Origin: Candidatus Woesearchaeota archaeon
GTDB taxonomy: Archaea; Nanobdellota; Nanobdellia; Woesearchaeales; JABGXB01
Length of the DNA stretch: 64,000 nt
Direction: 5' to 3'
Assembly: GCA_018675975.1 (NCBI GenBank)
Contig: JABGXB010000002.1
Location: forward strand, 62,001 to 126,000
In this document: piece after piece, positions 1 through 10,496 of the stretch
Layout: the number at the start of each line of letters is the position of its first letter
Numbering within the stretch: position 1 is the first letter of the stretch
Notes under the pieces: generated by a model
Seen by the model: the letters and a program-made list of their open reading frames with translations, nothing else
Database searches by the model: none
Told to the model about the DNA's origin: nothing
Made by a program: the position numbers and the translations under genes

Positions 1-1
1 A

Positions 2-661
2 GTTAAATGTAATGAAAATGTCGAATATAAACCAGGACAGTTTTTTATGTTATCAATAAGTGGAATTACTTATGATAATAAATTAAAAAAAGATCTATGT
101 ATGCCAATTAAAAGGGCGTATAGTGTAAGTTCAATTAGAAATGAAAAGTATATAGAGTTTTGTGTTAAAAAAGAAAATGAAGGAACTGTAAGTTTAGCAT
201 TAAGTAAATTAAAAATAGGAGACACAATTAATATAACAGGTCCATACGGAAAATTTGTATTAAAAGAAAATAAAAAAGATATAGTTTTACTTGCAATTGG
301 AAGTGGGATTACACCAATAATGTCAATGTTGAGATCTATAGTTAAAAATAAAATTTATTTAAATAAAAAAATTACATTAATATATGGAAATAAAGAAGAA
401 ATTACTTACAAAGATGAAATCATAAAATTATGTAAAGATAAAATTAATTTAATTTTTAGTTTAACAAAAATAAATAAAAAAGTAACAAATTGTCAAACTA
501 TTTTTAATAGAATAACTATTTCAACATTAGAAGATTTAAATATTGATTATACAAATAGTAATATTTACATGTGTGGAAAATTAGAATTCATTAAAAATTT
601 AAAAGATTCATTTAAAGAAAAAGGAATTTCAAAAGAAAATATTAATTTTGAGATCTATTAG
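2..661 (+). CDS. FAD/NAD(P)-binding oxidoreductase, ferredoxin-NADP reductase family (5' truncated by window edge)
   Basis: Frame open from base 2 (..YKPGQFFML); motifs RAYS, GPYGKF, AIGSGITP, YMCG, C-terminal FEIY. Confidence 0.85.
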   Translation, partial: VKCNENVEYKPGQFFMLSISGITYDNKLKKDLCMPIKRAYSVSSIRNEKYIEFCVKKENEGTVSLALSKLKIGDTINITGPYGKFVLKENKKDIVLLAIGSGITPIMSMLRSIVKNKIYLNKKITLIYGNKEEITYKDEIIKLCKDKINLIFSLTKINKKVTNCQTIFNRITISTLEDLNIDYTNSNIYMCGKLEFIKNLKDSFKEKGISKENINFEIY

Positions 662-1085
662 AACTTAATTCATCCATTTTCTTTTTCAAAGAACAATAAT
701 CTTCATAAGTTTTATCATCAAAAATTTCTCTTGCATATTTATCATCAAATTTATTTGCTATCTCATGAGCTTTATTTAAACTAGTTGAATAATCTCCATC
801 TAAAATATTTAGTAAACTAGCCTCTAAAATTTCATGTAATAAAATTGGCTTATTAAATTTAGGATCCATAAAATTATTTGCAAAATAAATGTCCAAATCT
901 GCAAGATCAGAATTTATATAAAAAAAAGGACAGTCTCCATTTAATCTTTCTTCTTCTGTATACTCACAGGGAAATAATATATATCCTAATCCATTATAAG
1001 AGAAATGTTCATAGTATTCAAATTTAATATTTTCAACTACTTGTTTTAATTCTTGATAATTAATTTCCATTAATAGACCCATCAA
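642..1085 (-). CDS. hypothetical protein with HExxE..AH motif (possible zincin-like)
   Basis: ORF track; LLHEILE and KAHEIA. Confidence 0.5.
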   Translation of the reverse strand: MMGLLMEINYQELKQVVENIKFEYYEHFSYNGLGYILFPCEYTEEERLNGDCPFFYINSDLADLDIYFANNFMDPKFNKPILLHEILEASLLNILDGDYSTSLNKAHEIANKFDDKYAREIFDDKTYEDYCSLKKKMDELSSNRSQN

Positions 1086-1092
1086 GAGTTAT

Positions 1093-2175
1093 TTAAATAC
1101 CTTTTGTTTTAAATTTTAATAGATTTTTAGCTATTTCTAATTCTTCGTGAGTGTGCATTACAAAAATAGGTTTTGATTTATTATTAGAAATTAAATTAGA
1201 ATCAATCAATTTTTGTTTATTTTTATTATTGTCAATCATAAAACCCAAATGATTTAATTTTTTAATTATCATTTGACGAACTTTATATTCTACCTCTCCA
1301 ATACCACCAGAAAAAATAATTGCATCACAACCTCCTAAACTTGCATAATATGAGCCAATATAATTAACAATATGATTTACAAACATTTCAATTGCTAATT
1401 TTGATTTTTGATTTTTTGAATTAACTAAGACTTCCATTTTTGATGAATTCGCTAAACCCAATAAACCACTTTTATTATTTAATATATCTCGTATTTTATT
1501 TATACCATATTTTAATTTTTTATTCATATAAAAAATAATACCTGGATCAATATCACCAGATCTAGTTGCCATAATTAATCCATCATTAGGAGAAAAACCT
1601 AAACTAGTGTCATATGATTTACCATTTTTAATAGCACAAATACTTGAACCACTTCCCAAATGACAAGTAATTATTTTTGAATATGGCTTTTTAATTTTCT
1701 TTAATAATTTAATACCATAATCAGATAAATATTTATGACTAATTCCGTGAAAGCCATATTTGCGAATATTATATTTTGAAAAAAAAACATAAGGAATACC
1801 ATATAAATAATTTTGTTTTGGAATAGTAGAATGAAAGGCAGTATCAAAAACTGCAATATGTTTTATTTTATTAAATGTTTTTTTTAATATTTTTATTATT
1901 GAAATTGTTTTCGGATTATGTAATGGAGCTAAATCATTAATCGATTCCAAATAAGAAATAACTTTATTATCAATAATAATTGGTTTAGTAAATTTTCCAC
2001 CATGAACTACTCTATAACCACAAGCAATTATATTATATTGTTTCAGCTTACTAAATATAGAATTAATCTTTTTAATTGAACCAGAATATAATGAATTTAA
2101 ATTCATATCAAAAATCTCATATTTAATTGAAGAACTTCCAGAATTAATAATTAAAAAAGAGTCCATTAAAATCAC
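1093..2175 (-). CDS. ackA: acetate kinase
   Basis: INSGSSSIK, YRVVHGG, APLHNP, VFDTAFH, RKYGFHGISH, CHLGSGSS, TRSGDIDP, FSGGIGE, THEE. Confidence 0.95.
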   Translation of the reverse strand: MILMDSFLIINSGSSSIKYEIFDMNLNSLYSGSIKKINSIFSKLKQYNIIACGYRVVHGGKFTKPIIIDNKVISYLESINDLAPLHNPKTISIIKILKKTFNKIKHIAVFDTAFHSTIPKQNYLYGIPYVFFSKYNIRKYGFHGISHKYLSDYGIKLLKKIKKPYSKIITCHLGSGSSICAIKNGKSYDTSLGFSPNDGLIMATRSGDIDPGIIFYMNKKLKYGINKIRDILNNKSGLLGLANSSKMEVLVNSKNQKSKLAIEMFVNHIVNYIGSYYASLGGCDAIIFSGGIGEVEYKVRQMIIKKLNHLGFMIDNNKNKQKLIDSNLISNNKSKPIFVMHTHEELEIAKNLLKFKTKGI

Positions 2176-4427
2176 TGATCTAAATTTGGCATATCACAAC
2201 CATATTTAATTATATATTTTTTATGTTCATCTAATACTTTTTTATATTTTAAAATTAATTTAGATTTTTTTGAATTATTTATAGTATTAACTAATTCTAA
2301 AGCTTGAATTGCTATATGATATCTACTAGTTTTATTTCTAACTTGCATATCGAACGGAGTTGTAGTTGTCCCCTCCTCAATATAACCATTAATATTAATT
2401 CTACTTAATATATTATTATCATCAATTAATGCTTTAATTAATTCAGGATAACCATGAAAATTAAAAATAATAGGATTAGTTGAACCAAAATAACTATTTA
2501 ATTTTTTACTTTTTAAAAATTTTAAATCACTTACATTAATATATCTTATTTTTAATTCCTTTATCTCTTTATTTAATAATTTGATTGCAGCAATAACTTC
2601 TTGAGTTGAATAATCTCCTGCCGAAGATAAAACTATATCATAATTTTTACTTGAATATTCATCCCATATTAAAGCACCATTTTTAACTTGTTCTTCAACA
2701 GTATCATCAGATAAAAATTGAATTAAATCTCTTTTTCCAGCAACAATAATATTAACTTTATTTTTGGATTCTAATGATTTTTTTAAATAATAAGCTGTCA
2801 TGCTTGGACAACTAGGAAAATAAACATTTACAAAATCTAAATGTCTTTGTATCATATTTGAAATAAAACTTGGATTCTGATGAGAAAAACCATTATGATC
2901 CTGTCTCCATCCTAAACTTGTTAATAAATAATTTAAACTCGGTATTGGTTTTCTAAATTTAACTTCACTTGATAATTTTAAAAATTTAACAAATTGATCA
3001 GCCATACTACTAACGATTTCAATAAAAGCCTCATATGAACTAAATATTCCATGCCTACCAGTTAAAACATAACCATTAATCCAACCTTGTAGAGTATGTT
3101 CACTTAAAATTTCCATAATACGCCCATCATTTGAAGTATTTTTATTGACTTTTTTATCAATTGGCCAAACAAAAACACGTTTAGTTTTTTTTAAAACATC
3201 CCCGAGTAAATTAGATTCTAATTCATCAGGACAAAATAATCTAAAATTATTTTTATTTTTTTCAAAAATATCTGAAATAAATTTAGCACTTATTTTTAAT
3301 GAACTATATTTATGATTTTTTTTAACTGCAATATGTTTTTTTAAATCAGGTAAAATTAATTTTTTATAACTTGGATTTGCATTTGTATTCATACCCATTC
3401 TATAATTATTTTTTGGAATATAAGTAGAAATATTAGATTGAATTTTATTATTTTTAATTAATTGTTCAATTTTATATGACTTTAACCACAATTTTAATGC
3501 ATTAAATTCTTGAGATGAATTATTTGGATTAATTGGAACACCATGAGACTTATAACTATTTTCAACCGGAATTTTATTTAATTCTTTTATACCACCCCAA
3601 CCCTTTGGAGTTCTTAATAATAATACAGGCCATTTGGGTTTATCACCATCAGAATATGTTTTTTGAATTTGTTTTATTTGAATTAAAGCCGAATTAATTG
3701 CATTAAACAAAGACTCATCTTTTTCTTCAGGTTCAACAATAATCGGATCATAATGTAATCCAGAAAAATAGTTTTTTAACTCATCATTTGACATTGAAGA
3801 AAATAATGTTGGATTAGAAATTTTATATCCATTAATGTGGACTATTGGTAAAACAGCACCATCTTTTTTTGGATTAATAAATTTGATTGATTGCCAAGCA
3901 GCACTCAAGGGTCCAGTTTCAGCTTCACCATCTCCAACTATACACATCGTAATTAATTTAGGATTATCTAAAATTGAACCAAAACTAGTTGATAATGAAT
4001 ATCCTAATTCTCCTCCCTCTAAAATTGCACCTGGTGTTTTAGGATTAACATGCGATGGAAAACGATAAGGCCATGAAAAGTGTTTAATTAAATTCTCAAA
4101 ACCTTTTTTATTAATTTTATAATTATTATCAAATTCACCTAAACTCCCCTCAACAAATAAATTGGCTTGAACTGCTGGATATCCATGACCTGGCCCAATA
4201 ACTGACAATACATTTAAATCATTTTTACAAATTATTGCATTCATACTACCATAAATATAATTAATTCCAGGACAAGTACCCCAATGTCCCACTATTCTGC
4301 TCTTAATATGTGACTTCAATAATGGTTTATTTAGTAAAACATTGTCTTTTAAATAAATTTGAGCAATTGAAATATAATCTGTTAATCTACAATACTCTTT
4401 AATCCAATTAGATATAGATTGTTTCAC
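2172..4427 (-). CDS. xfp: xylulose-5P/fructose-6P phosphoketolase
   Basis: GHWGTCPG, GPGHG, EGGELGY, GDGEAETGP, NGYKISNP, EILSEH, WRQDHNGFSHQNP, EEGTTTTPFDM; GTG start. Confidence 0.95.
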   Translation of the reverse strand: MKQSISNWIKEYCRLTDYISIAQIYLKDNVLLNKPLLKSHIKSRIVGHWGTCPGINYIYGSMNAIICKNDLNVLSVIGPGHGYPAVQANLFVEGSLGEFDNNYKINKKGFENLIKHFSWPYRFPSHVNPKTPGAILEGGELGYSLSTSFGSILDNPKLITMCIVGDGEAETGPLSAAWQSIKFINPKKDGAVLPIVHINGYKISNPTLFSSMSNDELKNYFSGLHYDPIIVEPEEKDESLFNAINSALIQIKQIQKTYSDGDKPKWPVLLLRTPKGWGGIKELNKIPVENSYKSHGVPINPNNSSQEFNALKLWLKSYKIEQLIKNNKIQSNISTYIPKNNYRMGMNTNANPSYKKLILPDLKKHIAVKKNHKYSSLKISAKFISDIFEKNKNNFRLFCPDELESNLLGDVLKKTKRVFVWPIDKKVNKNTSNDGRIMEILSEHTLQGWINGYVLTGRHGIFSSYEAFIEIVSSMADQFVKFLKLSSEVKFRKPIPSLNYLLTSLGWRQDHNGFSHQNPSFISNMIQRHLDFVNVYFPSCPSMTAYYLKKSLESKNKVNIIVAGKRDLIQFLSDDTVEEQVKNGALIWDEYSSKNYDIVLSSAGDYSTQEVIAAIKLLNKEIKELKIRYINVSDLKFLKSKKLNSYFGSTNPIIFNFHGYPELIKALIDDNNILSRININGYIEEGTTTTPFDMQVRNKTSRYHIAIQALELVNTINNSKKSKLILKYKKVLDEHKKYIIKYGCDMPNLDQ

Positions 4428-4516
4428 CTTATTAAAAATATAGAAATTTTGATTTATAATTTTATGTGTTAAATCAAATTAGTAAAATTTATAAAATCCA
4501 AATTTGACGGGGTTCT

Positions 4517-5227
4517 ATGTATGGAAACAGCAATTTAGATGGAGCTCTAAGAATATTATGTGGAGATAATAGCCCTGAACAGTTTTATGAATTCTCATTA
4601 AAATCAATGCAATTACTATTTGATGGATTAGTTGAAAAAAAACCAGAGAATCTTGAAAGACAAAACGAAATATTTGATGGTGTTTTTAATTCATTAAAAA
4701 TTGGAATTAGTCAACATTTTAGATCAGAAAGTATAGATTATGAAAAATGTTTAGAATTTATTTCTGAAAATAAATCAGATATCATTAAATATGGTTCTGA
4801 AAAAATATCTAAAAAAAGACATTTATCAAAATTTAAATTTATAGTTAGAACTTCATTAGATCAAATATTACCAGCATTAAACGATATTGAAATTGACACA
4901 TTAGTTCCAATTGCATCAGGAGGTTTTGAACCTTGTGCAATAATTGCAGATTATTTAGACAGAAATAATAGAACTTATGAGACTTTACCTGTAAGATATT
5001 CAAGATTATCTAAATTAGATAAATATGTTTTAGCTCCACATTTTCTTGGTGATTCAAAAATCAAAGAAAGTATAAGAGATAAAAATGTATTAATCGTTGA
5101 AGATTTATTACATACTGGAGAAAGTGCAGATAAAACACTTGAATTTGTTATGAGATTCAAACCAAAAGATGTTTTTTTATCAACTTGTGTAATATTGAAT
5201 GAAGGTGAACTTAATTTTATACATTAG
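4517..5227 (+). CDS. type I phosphoribosyltransferase family protein
   Basis: PIASGG and PRPP-binding VLIVEDLLHTGESA. Confidence 0.75.
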   Translation: MYGNSNLDGALRILCGDNSPEQFYEFSLKSMQLLFDGLVEKKPENLERQNEIFDGVFNSLKIGISQHFRSESIDYEKCLEFISENKSDIIKYGSEKISKKRHLSKFKFIVRTSLDQILPALNDIEIDTLVPIASGGFEPCAIIADYLDRNNRTYETLPVRYSRLSKLDKYVLAPHFLGDSKIKESIRDKNVLIVEDLLHTGESADKTLEFVMRFKPKDVFLSTCVILNEGELNFIH

Positions 5228-5254
5228 AAAAATATAAAGGTTTAAGATATTTAT

Positions 5255-5578
5255 TTAATTAATTCTAACTGCAGTTCCATAAGCTAACATTTCTGAAGCT
5301 CCTTGCATTATCATTGAAGTTGAAAACCTAACACCAATAATTGCATTAGCACCCATTTCAATAGCTTGATTAACCATTCTATTATAAGCTTCTTCTCTTG
5401 CTGTTGTAGCCATATCAGTATAGGTTTTAACCTCACCACCAACGATATTTTTAAATCCTGCCATTATATCACGACCAATATTTCTAGCTCTTACAGTATT
5501 ACCCTTAACAACACCTAAAATTTGAATTTTTTTTGCACCTGGAATTTCATTTCCAGTAGTTATATATATATTTGCCAT
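5255..5578 (-). CDS. YbjQ/UPF0145 family protein
   Basis: GRDIMAGFKNIVGGEV, AREEA, GANAIIGVRF, YGTAV. Confidence 0.9.
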   Translation of the reverse strand: MANIYITTGNEIPGAKKIQILGVVKGNTVRARNIGRDIMAGFKNIVGGEVKTYTDMATTAREEAYNRMVNQAIEMGANAIIGVRFSTSMIMQGASEMLAYGTAVRIN

Positions 5579-5579
5579 T

Positions 5580-5771
5580 TTATTTTTTCACCTTTTTATA
5601 ATTTATTTTTTCAATTTCATCTTCTTTAGTATTTGTAAAAATAAAAAAACCTATTAAAAAAATAATTAAACCATAAAGAACTAAAATCCAAACAAAAAAA
5701 CCAATTATTAATAAAAATAAACCAATAATCATAAATATTGAACCAGTAATTGTTCTACTATTAAATTCCAT
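5580..5771 (-). CDS. small membrane protein
   Basis: two hydrophobic helices; abuts the ybjQ-like gene. Confidence 0.7.
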   Translation of the reverse strand: MEFNSRTITGSIFMIIGLFLLIIGFFVWILVLYGLIIFLIGFFIFTNTKEDEIEKINYKKVKK

Positions 5772-5831
5772 ATAAATAGTTTATTTGATTATTATATAAA
5801 GTTTTTTAAATAAATAATAATCCTTAAAAAA

Positions 5832-6548
5832 ATGATTCATCATGAAATATTCGATAGATATAAATTAGGCTGGGATTATAGTAAAAAACAAACTAATGGT
5901 AAAAACTTATATTTATTTTGTGAAAGTTCTCACATAAGTGAAGAATTACAAAATAGTTTAAAAAATGAAATATTTCAATGTGTTAACTCACATTTATTTG
6001 ATACATTTTTTGTTGAAGAGCCAACGGAGTATAAAAATAGTCACAGTTTACATTATGCAAGTGAAAAAGAAGCAATAGATGGTATGAAAAATAATATGAA
6101 TTGGCCAAGAAGTAGAATTCAAACTTTTTATAGATTAAGTAAATTAAAAAATATCGATCTTTTGGGTTGTGAAAATTTAGAATTAACAAAGTTGTTTTTT
6201 GATTCAATGAAAAAAATTAATGTTATTTTAGAAAAAATGGGTAATGGTGAAAAATTTGTAGAAACTTATAATGATTTAATTCATCAAAATAAAGAATTTA
6301 GTCAAGCACATTTAGAATTTGAAAGAACCGGTCACTATAGAAGTCTATTTTCATTAAAATATGTTTTAAAAAAAATTAAGGAGAAAAAAATAAGTTCAGC
6401 TGGAATATTAATGGGCTTAGAACACATAGACCATATTAAAATGATTTTAGAAGCAAATAATATTGGACATAGTGTATATTTTCCTGGAGTCGATTCAAAT
6501 GAAGAAACTGCAAAAGCAAATTGGGATTTTTTAATAAACAATAATTAA
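5832..6548 (+). CDS. hypothetical protein, possible TraB/TIKI/EreA-like fold
   Basis: LFCESSH, FFVEE, ILMGLEHI pattern. Confidence 0.45.
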   Translation: MIHHEIFDRYKLGWDYSKKQTNGKNLYLFCESSHISEELQNSLKNEIFQCVNSHLFDTFFVEEPTEYKNSHSLHYASEKEAIDGMKNNMNWPRSRIQTFYRLSKLKNIDLLGCENLELTKLFFDSMKKINVILEKMGNGEKFVETYNDLIHQNKEFSQAHLEFERTGHYRSLFSLKYVLKKIKEKKISSAGILMGLEHIDHIKMILEANNIGHSVYFPGVDSNEETAKANWDFLINNN

Positions 6549-6590
6549 TATTATGAAAATAATTATAAATCAAATAATCTAAAAATATAT

Positions 6591-7061
6591 ATGAATGGTG
6601 ACATACAAATTTTTATAGGATCAGACCATGCAGGTTTTGAAGGTAAAAAAAAAGTAATTTCAGTTCTTAAAGATCTACAGAAAAATGATAAAAAATTAAA
6701 TTTTATAGATTTAGGAACTGATTCAAAAATCAAAAAAGTTGATTATCCTAAATATGCTAAATTAGTAGGAAATAAAGTAAATAAAAATAAAAATAATTAT
6801 GGAATATTAATTTGTGGTACTGGAACTGGAATGAATATTGCTGCAAATAAAATTAATGGCATTCGAGCAGCAATGGGTTATGATTTATATTCTGCAAAAA
6901 TGTCAAGAATTGATAATAATGCAAATGTATTATGTTTAAGATCTAGAGATTTTAATTTAAATAGATATACTAATATAATTAAAACATTTTTAAAAACACA
7001 ATTTAGTGGAATTGAAAGACATCAAAAAAGAATTGATTTAATTCATAAATTAGAAAAATGA
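6591..7061 (+). CDS. rpiB: ribose-5-phosphate isomerase B
   Basis: GSDHAG, VDYP, GILICGTGTG, AANKINGIRAA, NNANVL, ERHQKR. Confidence 0.95.
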   Translation: MNGDIQIFIGSDHAGFEGKKKVISVLKDLQKNDKKLNFIDLGTDSKIKKVDYPKYAKLVGNKVNKNKNNYGILICGTGTGMNIAANKINGIRAAMGYDLYSAKMSRIDNNANVLCLRSRDFNLNRYTNIIKTFLKTQFSGIERHQKRIDLIHKLEK

Positions 7062-8062
7062 GAATTGCAATAAATGGTTTTGGAAGAATTGGCAGAGTAT
7101 TTTTAAGATCATTACTATCAGATAAAAAAAATAAAAATATTAAAGTAATTGCAATCAATGACAGATCAGAAGCCTCAATTCTTTCACACTTATTCAAATA
7201 CGACAGTATTCATGGAAAATTTAATGGAACTGTTTCACATACAAAAAATTCCATTAAAGTTAATGGTAATAATATTCAAGTATTAAATGAAATGGATCCG
7301 AGTAAATTAAGCTGGAAGAAATTAAATATTGATTATGTAATTGAATGTACAGGAAAATTCTTAACAAAAGAATTAGCTTCTAAACATATTCAAGCAGGTG
7401 CAAAAAAAGTTATTTTGTCTGCACCACCAAAGGATCCTAAAATAAAAGAAGTATGTTATGGAATTAATCATAAAACAATTAAAAAGTCTGATAAAATCAT
7501 ATCAAACGCAAGCTGTACAACTAATTGTATGGCACCAATTGTTAAAATAATAGATGATAAATTAAAAATAAATAAAGCTTATATGTTAACAGTTCATGCA
7601 ATGACTAATACACAAAAAATAATGGATAGTTCTAATAAAGATCCAAGACGTTCAAGATCTGCAGTAAATAATTTAATTCCAACTAGTACTGGATTTACAA
7701 AAGCGATAGTTGAAATATTTCCAAAATTAAAAGGAAAAATAGATGGTATGGCAGTTCGTGCACCAGTAATCGATGGTTCTTTAATTGATTTTGTTGTTAA
7801 TACAAAAAAAAGTACTAATATCGAAGAATTAAATAAATTATTTTTAAATGCATCAAAAAGTTCAATGAAAGAAATATTAGAATATAGTACTGAAGAATTA
7901 GTTTCAACAGATATTATTGGAAATTCAAAGTCATGCGTTTTTGATTCAAAATTAACTAAAGTTAATGGGAATTTTATAAAAGTCACAGCATGGTATGATA
8001 ATGAATGTGGATACTCGAATAGAATTATTGATTTAATTAAATATATTGATAAATTAAAATGA
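7058..8062 (+). CDS. gap: type I (bacterial-type) glyceraldehyde-3-phosphate dehydrogenase
   Basis: INGFGRIGR, YDSIHG, NASCTTNC, AWYDNE. Confidence 0.95.
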   Translation: MRIAINGFGRIGRVFLRSLLSDKKNKNIKVIAINDRSEASILSHLFKYDSIHGKFNGTVSHTKNSIKVNGNNIQVLNEMDPSKLSWKKLNIDYVIECTGKFLTKELASKHIQAGAKKVILSAPPKDPKIKEVCYGINHKTIKKSDKIISNASCTTNCMAPIVKIIDDKLKINKAYMLTVHAMTNTQKIMDSSNKDPRRSRSAVNNLIPTSTGFTKAIVEIFPKLKGKIDGMAVRAPVIDGSLIDFVVNTKKSTNIEELNKLFLNASKSSMKEILEYSTEELVSTDIIGNSKSCVFDSKLTKVNGNFIKVTAWYDNECGYSNRIIDLIKYIDKLK

Positions 8063-9096
8063 AATCAATTTTAGATATTGATATTAAAAATAAAATTATT
8101 TTATTAAGGTCGAGCTTAAATGTTTCTATAAAAAATAATAAAATAACTAATGATTTTAAATTAAAAAAATCTATTCCCACTATTAAATATTTAATTAAAA
8201 ATAAATGTAAAATAATAATCTGTGGCCATATTGGAAGACCTGACAAAGATAAAAATAAATATTCTTGTAAAATTATTAAAACTCGATTAGAAAAATTAAT
8301 TGGAAAAAAAATACAATTTTGTAATAATTTTAAAGAAATAAAAACTAAATTAAATAAAGGAAATATTTTATTATTAGAAAATTTGAGATTTAATAAAGGA
8401 GAGATTAATAATAATAAAGATTTTTCAAAAAAGCTTTCACAGTTAGCAGAAATATTTGTTCAAGATAGTTATGAAACAATTCATAGAAAACATGCAAGTA
8501 TAATAGGCATTCCTAAATTTATTCCAACATATGCAGGTTTATTATTAAATGAAGAATATAATATAATTAAAAATAGTTTACAAAAAATAAAAAAACCATA
8601 TACTTTAATTTTAGGTGGAGGAAAATCCGATAAATTAGATATAATAAAATATAATAAAAATAAAATTGATAATATTTTAATTGGTGGCGGTAATGCAAAT
8701 AGATTAATCGATTCCAAGAAAAAAATAAATCATAAAATTATATTACCCGTAGATTTTATTTACGATAAAGAAAATAAAAGACGCGATATTGGTAAAGAAT
8801 CCATTGAATTATTTTGTAAATTATTAAAAAAGTCAAAAACCATAATTTGGTGCGGACCAATGGGAGTATTTGAAAATAAAAAATTTGAAAATGGAACTAA
8901 AAAAATAGCACAATTTATCTCTAAATTAAAATCCATAAAAATAATTGGTGGAGGCGAATCAAGTAATGCTATCATTAAATATAAATTACAAAATAAAATG
9001 ACACATGTCTCAACTGGAGGTGGAGCTACTCTTGAATTATTAAAAAATAAAATACCTCCTGGAATTAATGCAATTATTAAAAGTCAAAAAAATTAA
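8059..9096 (+). CDS. pgk: phosphoglycerate kinase (short, divergent)
   Basis: GHIGRP, LLENLRF, GPMGVFE, IIGGGES, HVSTGGGA. Confidence 0.9.
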   Translation: MKSILDIDIKNKIILLRSSLNVSIKNNKITNDFKLKKSIPTIKYLIKNKCKIIICGHIGRPDKDKNKYSCKIIKTRLEKLIGKKIQFCNNFKEIKTKLNKGNILLLENLRFNKGEINNNKDFSKKLSQLAEIFVQDSYETIHRKHASIIGIPKFIPTYAGLLLNEEYNIIKNSLQKIKKPYTLILGGGKSDKLDIIKYNKNKIDNILIGGGNANRLIDSKKKINHKIILPVDFIYDKENKRRDIGKESIELFCKLLKKSKTIIWCGPMGVFENKKFENGTKKIAQFISKLKSIKIIGGGESSNAIIKYKLQNKMTHVSTGGGATLELLKNKIPPGINAIIKSQKN

Positions 9097-9106
9097 TATT
9101 TTAATA

Positions 9107-9700
9107 TTACTTATCGTTTTTTAATATAATCAATTTAGTATTTTTCATTTTACCAAAAGGAATGATTTTAATAATTTTCCAATTAGAATTCTTAATTAAT
9201 TCTTTAATATAATATTCTTTTCCCCAACCCAATAATATTTTAATTGGTTGAAATAAATATAAAAACAAATTATTTTTAATTAAAAATTGATCCAAAACAA
9301 TTAATTTAGAATTTGGTTTACAAACTCTAGATAATTCTTTTAATATTTTTTTAGGATTTGGAGATACTCTCAAAACATAAGTTGTAATTGCTCTATCAAA
9401 ACTATTTTCCTTAAAATCCATAGAGTTTGCATCCATCTTTTTTAAAATTATTTTTGCATTAGATTTTTTTAATTTAGCTTTGTTTAACATTTCTTTAGAA
9501 AAATCAATACCGTAAACAGTACAATTACTATAGTATGGTAAATTAAGACCAGTTCCAACTCCGACTTCTAAAACTTTTTGTCCTTTTTTTATATCAGCAA
9601 ATTCAATAACTTTTTTTCTATTAAAACTAAATAGTTTATCAATATAATTATCATAAACTTTTGCCCAAATTTTATATATAAAAAGTATATAGTTTTTCAT
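9107..9700 (-). CDS. class I SAM methyltransferase, Rhodobacter-type PmtA/UbiE-like
   Basis: YKIWAKVYD, VLEVGVGTGLNLPYY, GIDFS; start moved to the ATG just after the upstream stop. Confidence 0.75.
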   Translation of the reverse strand: MKNYILFIYKIWAKVYDNYIDKLFSFNRKKVIEFADIKKGQKVLEVGVGTGLNLPYYSNCTVYGIDFSKEMLNKAKLKKSNAKIILKKMDANSMDFKENSFDRAITTYVLRVSPNPKKILKELSRVCKPNSKLIVLDQFLIKNNLFLYLFQPIKILLGWGKEYYIKELIKNSNWKIIKIIPFGKMKNTKLIILKNDK

Positions 9701-9707
9701 TTTATAT

Positions 9708-10403
9708 TTAATTCCCATTATCAATTAAATTTATTTTACCTGTTTCAAAATCTCTTTCTAATTCATAATAAAATGAATTATTATGGTCAAATATTTCTTT
9801 TGAAATTAATTTACTCTCTGGAAAGATATTACATTCTTTATCATTAATATCAAACCACTTATGTTCTCTATCAGTTATTGATTTTAATTCACCTTTAAAA
9901 CTATTAGTTTCAAAAATATGTAAAATATGATGATGAATTAAATTATTATTTTTAATAGTTTTAATATTTAAAATACCCCTAAATTTGTAATCATTTACTT
10001 TAATACCAGTTCTTGAAATAATTTTATTTTTTATATCTTTATTACTTTGACCAAATTTAAATTTCGCAAAAAAACTAGCACCCCAAAACTCTTTAAAAGG
10101 TTCTTTTAAAGAACGTGATCTTAATATTTTTTTATTATCATGAATTATTAATAAAAAAACAGAAATTGGTTGTTTAACTAATTGATTATCATCTAAAAAT
10201 AAACATGTATCTTTTCCTTTATCCGTTAATTCATATCTTTTCTCATCTTTTTTAATATAATCTTTATCAAGTAAAAATTTTAAATGATAATTAAATAGAG
10301 AAGATTTTTCATTTCCTAATAGATCAGTAAAAGTTAAATAATTATAATTCATTAATTTTTTTAAAATATTAATTCGAATTGAATTTTGAATAATCTCTTG
10401 CAT
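9708..10403 (-). CDS. wHTH + degenerate NUDIX regulator
   Basis: N-terminal FNYHLKFL..YELTDKG wHTH; C-terminal KEPFKEFW NUDIX-like fold without the catalytic box. Confidence 0.7.
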   Translation of the reverse strand: MQEIIQNSIRINILKKLMNYNYLTFTDLLGNEKSSLFNYHLKFLLDKDYIKKDEKRYELTDKGKDTCLFLDDNQLVKQPISVFLLIIHDNKKILRSRSLKEPFKEFWGASFFAKFKFGQSNKDIKNKIISRTGIKVNDYKFRGILNIKTIKNNNLIHHHILHIFETNSFKGELKSITDREHKWFDINDKECNIFPESKLISKEIFDHNNSFYYELERDFETGKINLIDNGN

Positions 10404-10496
10404 ATTAGACTGCCATTATTTCTTTTTATAAGAATTTATATTTTACTAAAATCAAATTGAGAAACTATTTATATAAAAAATAAATGTATTTCAAAT

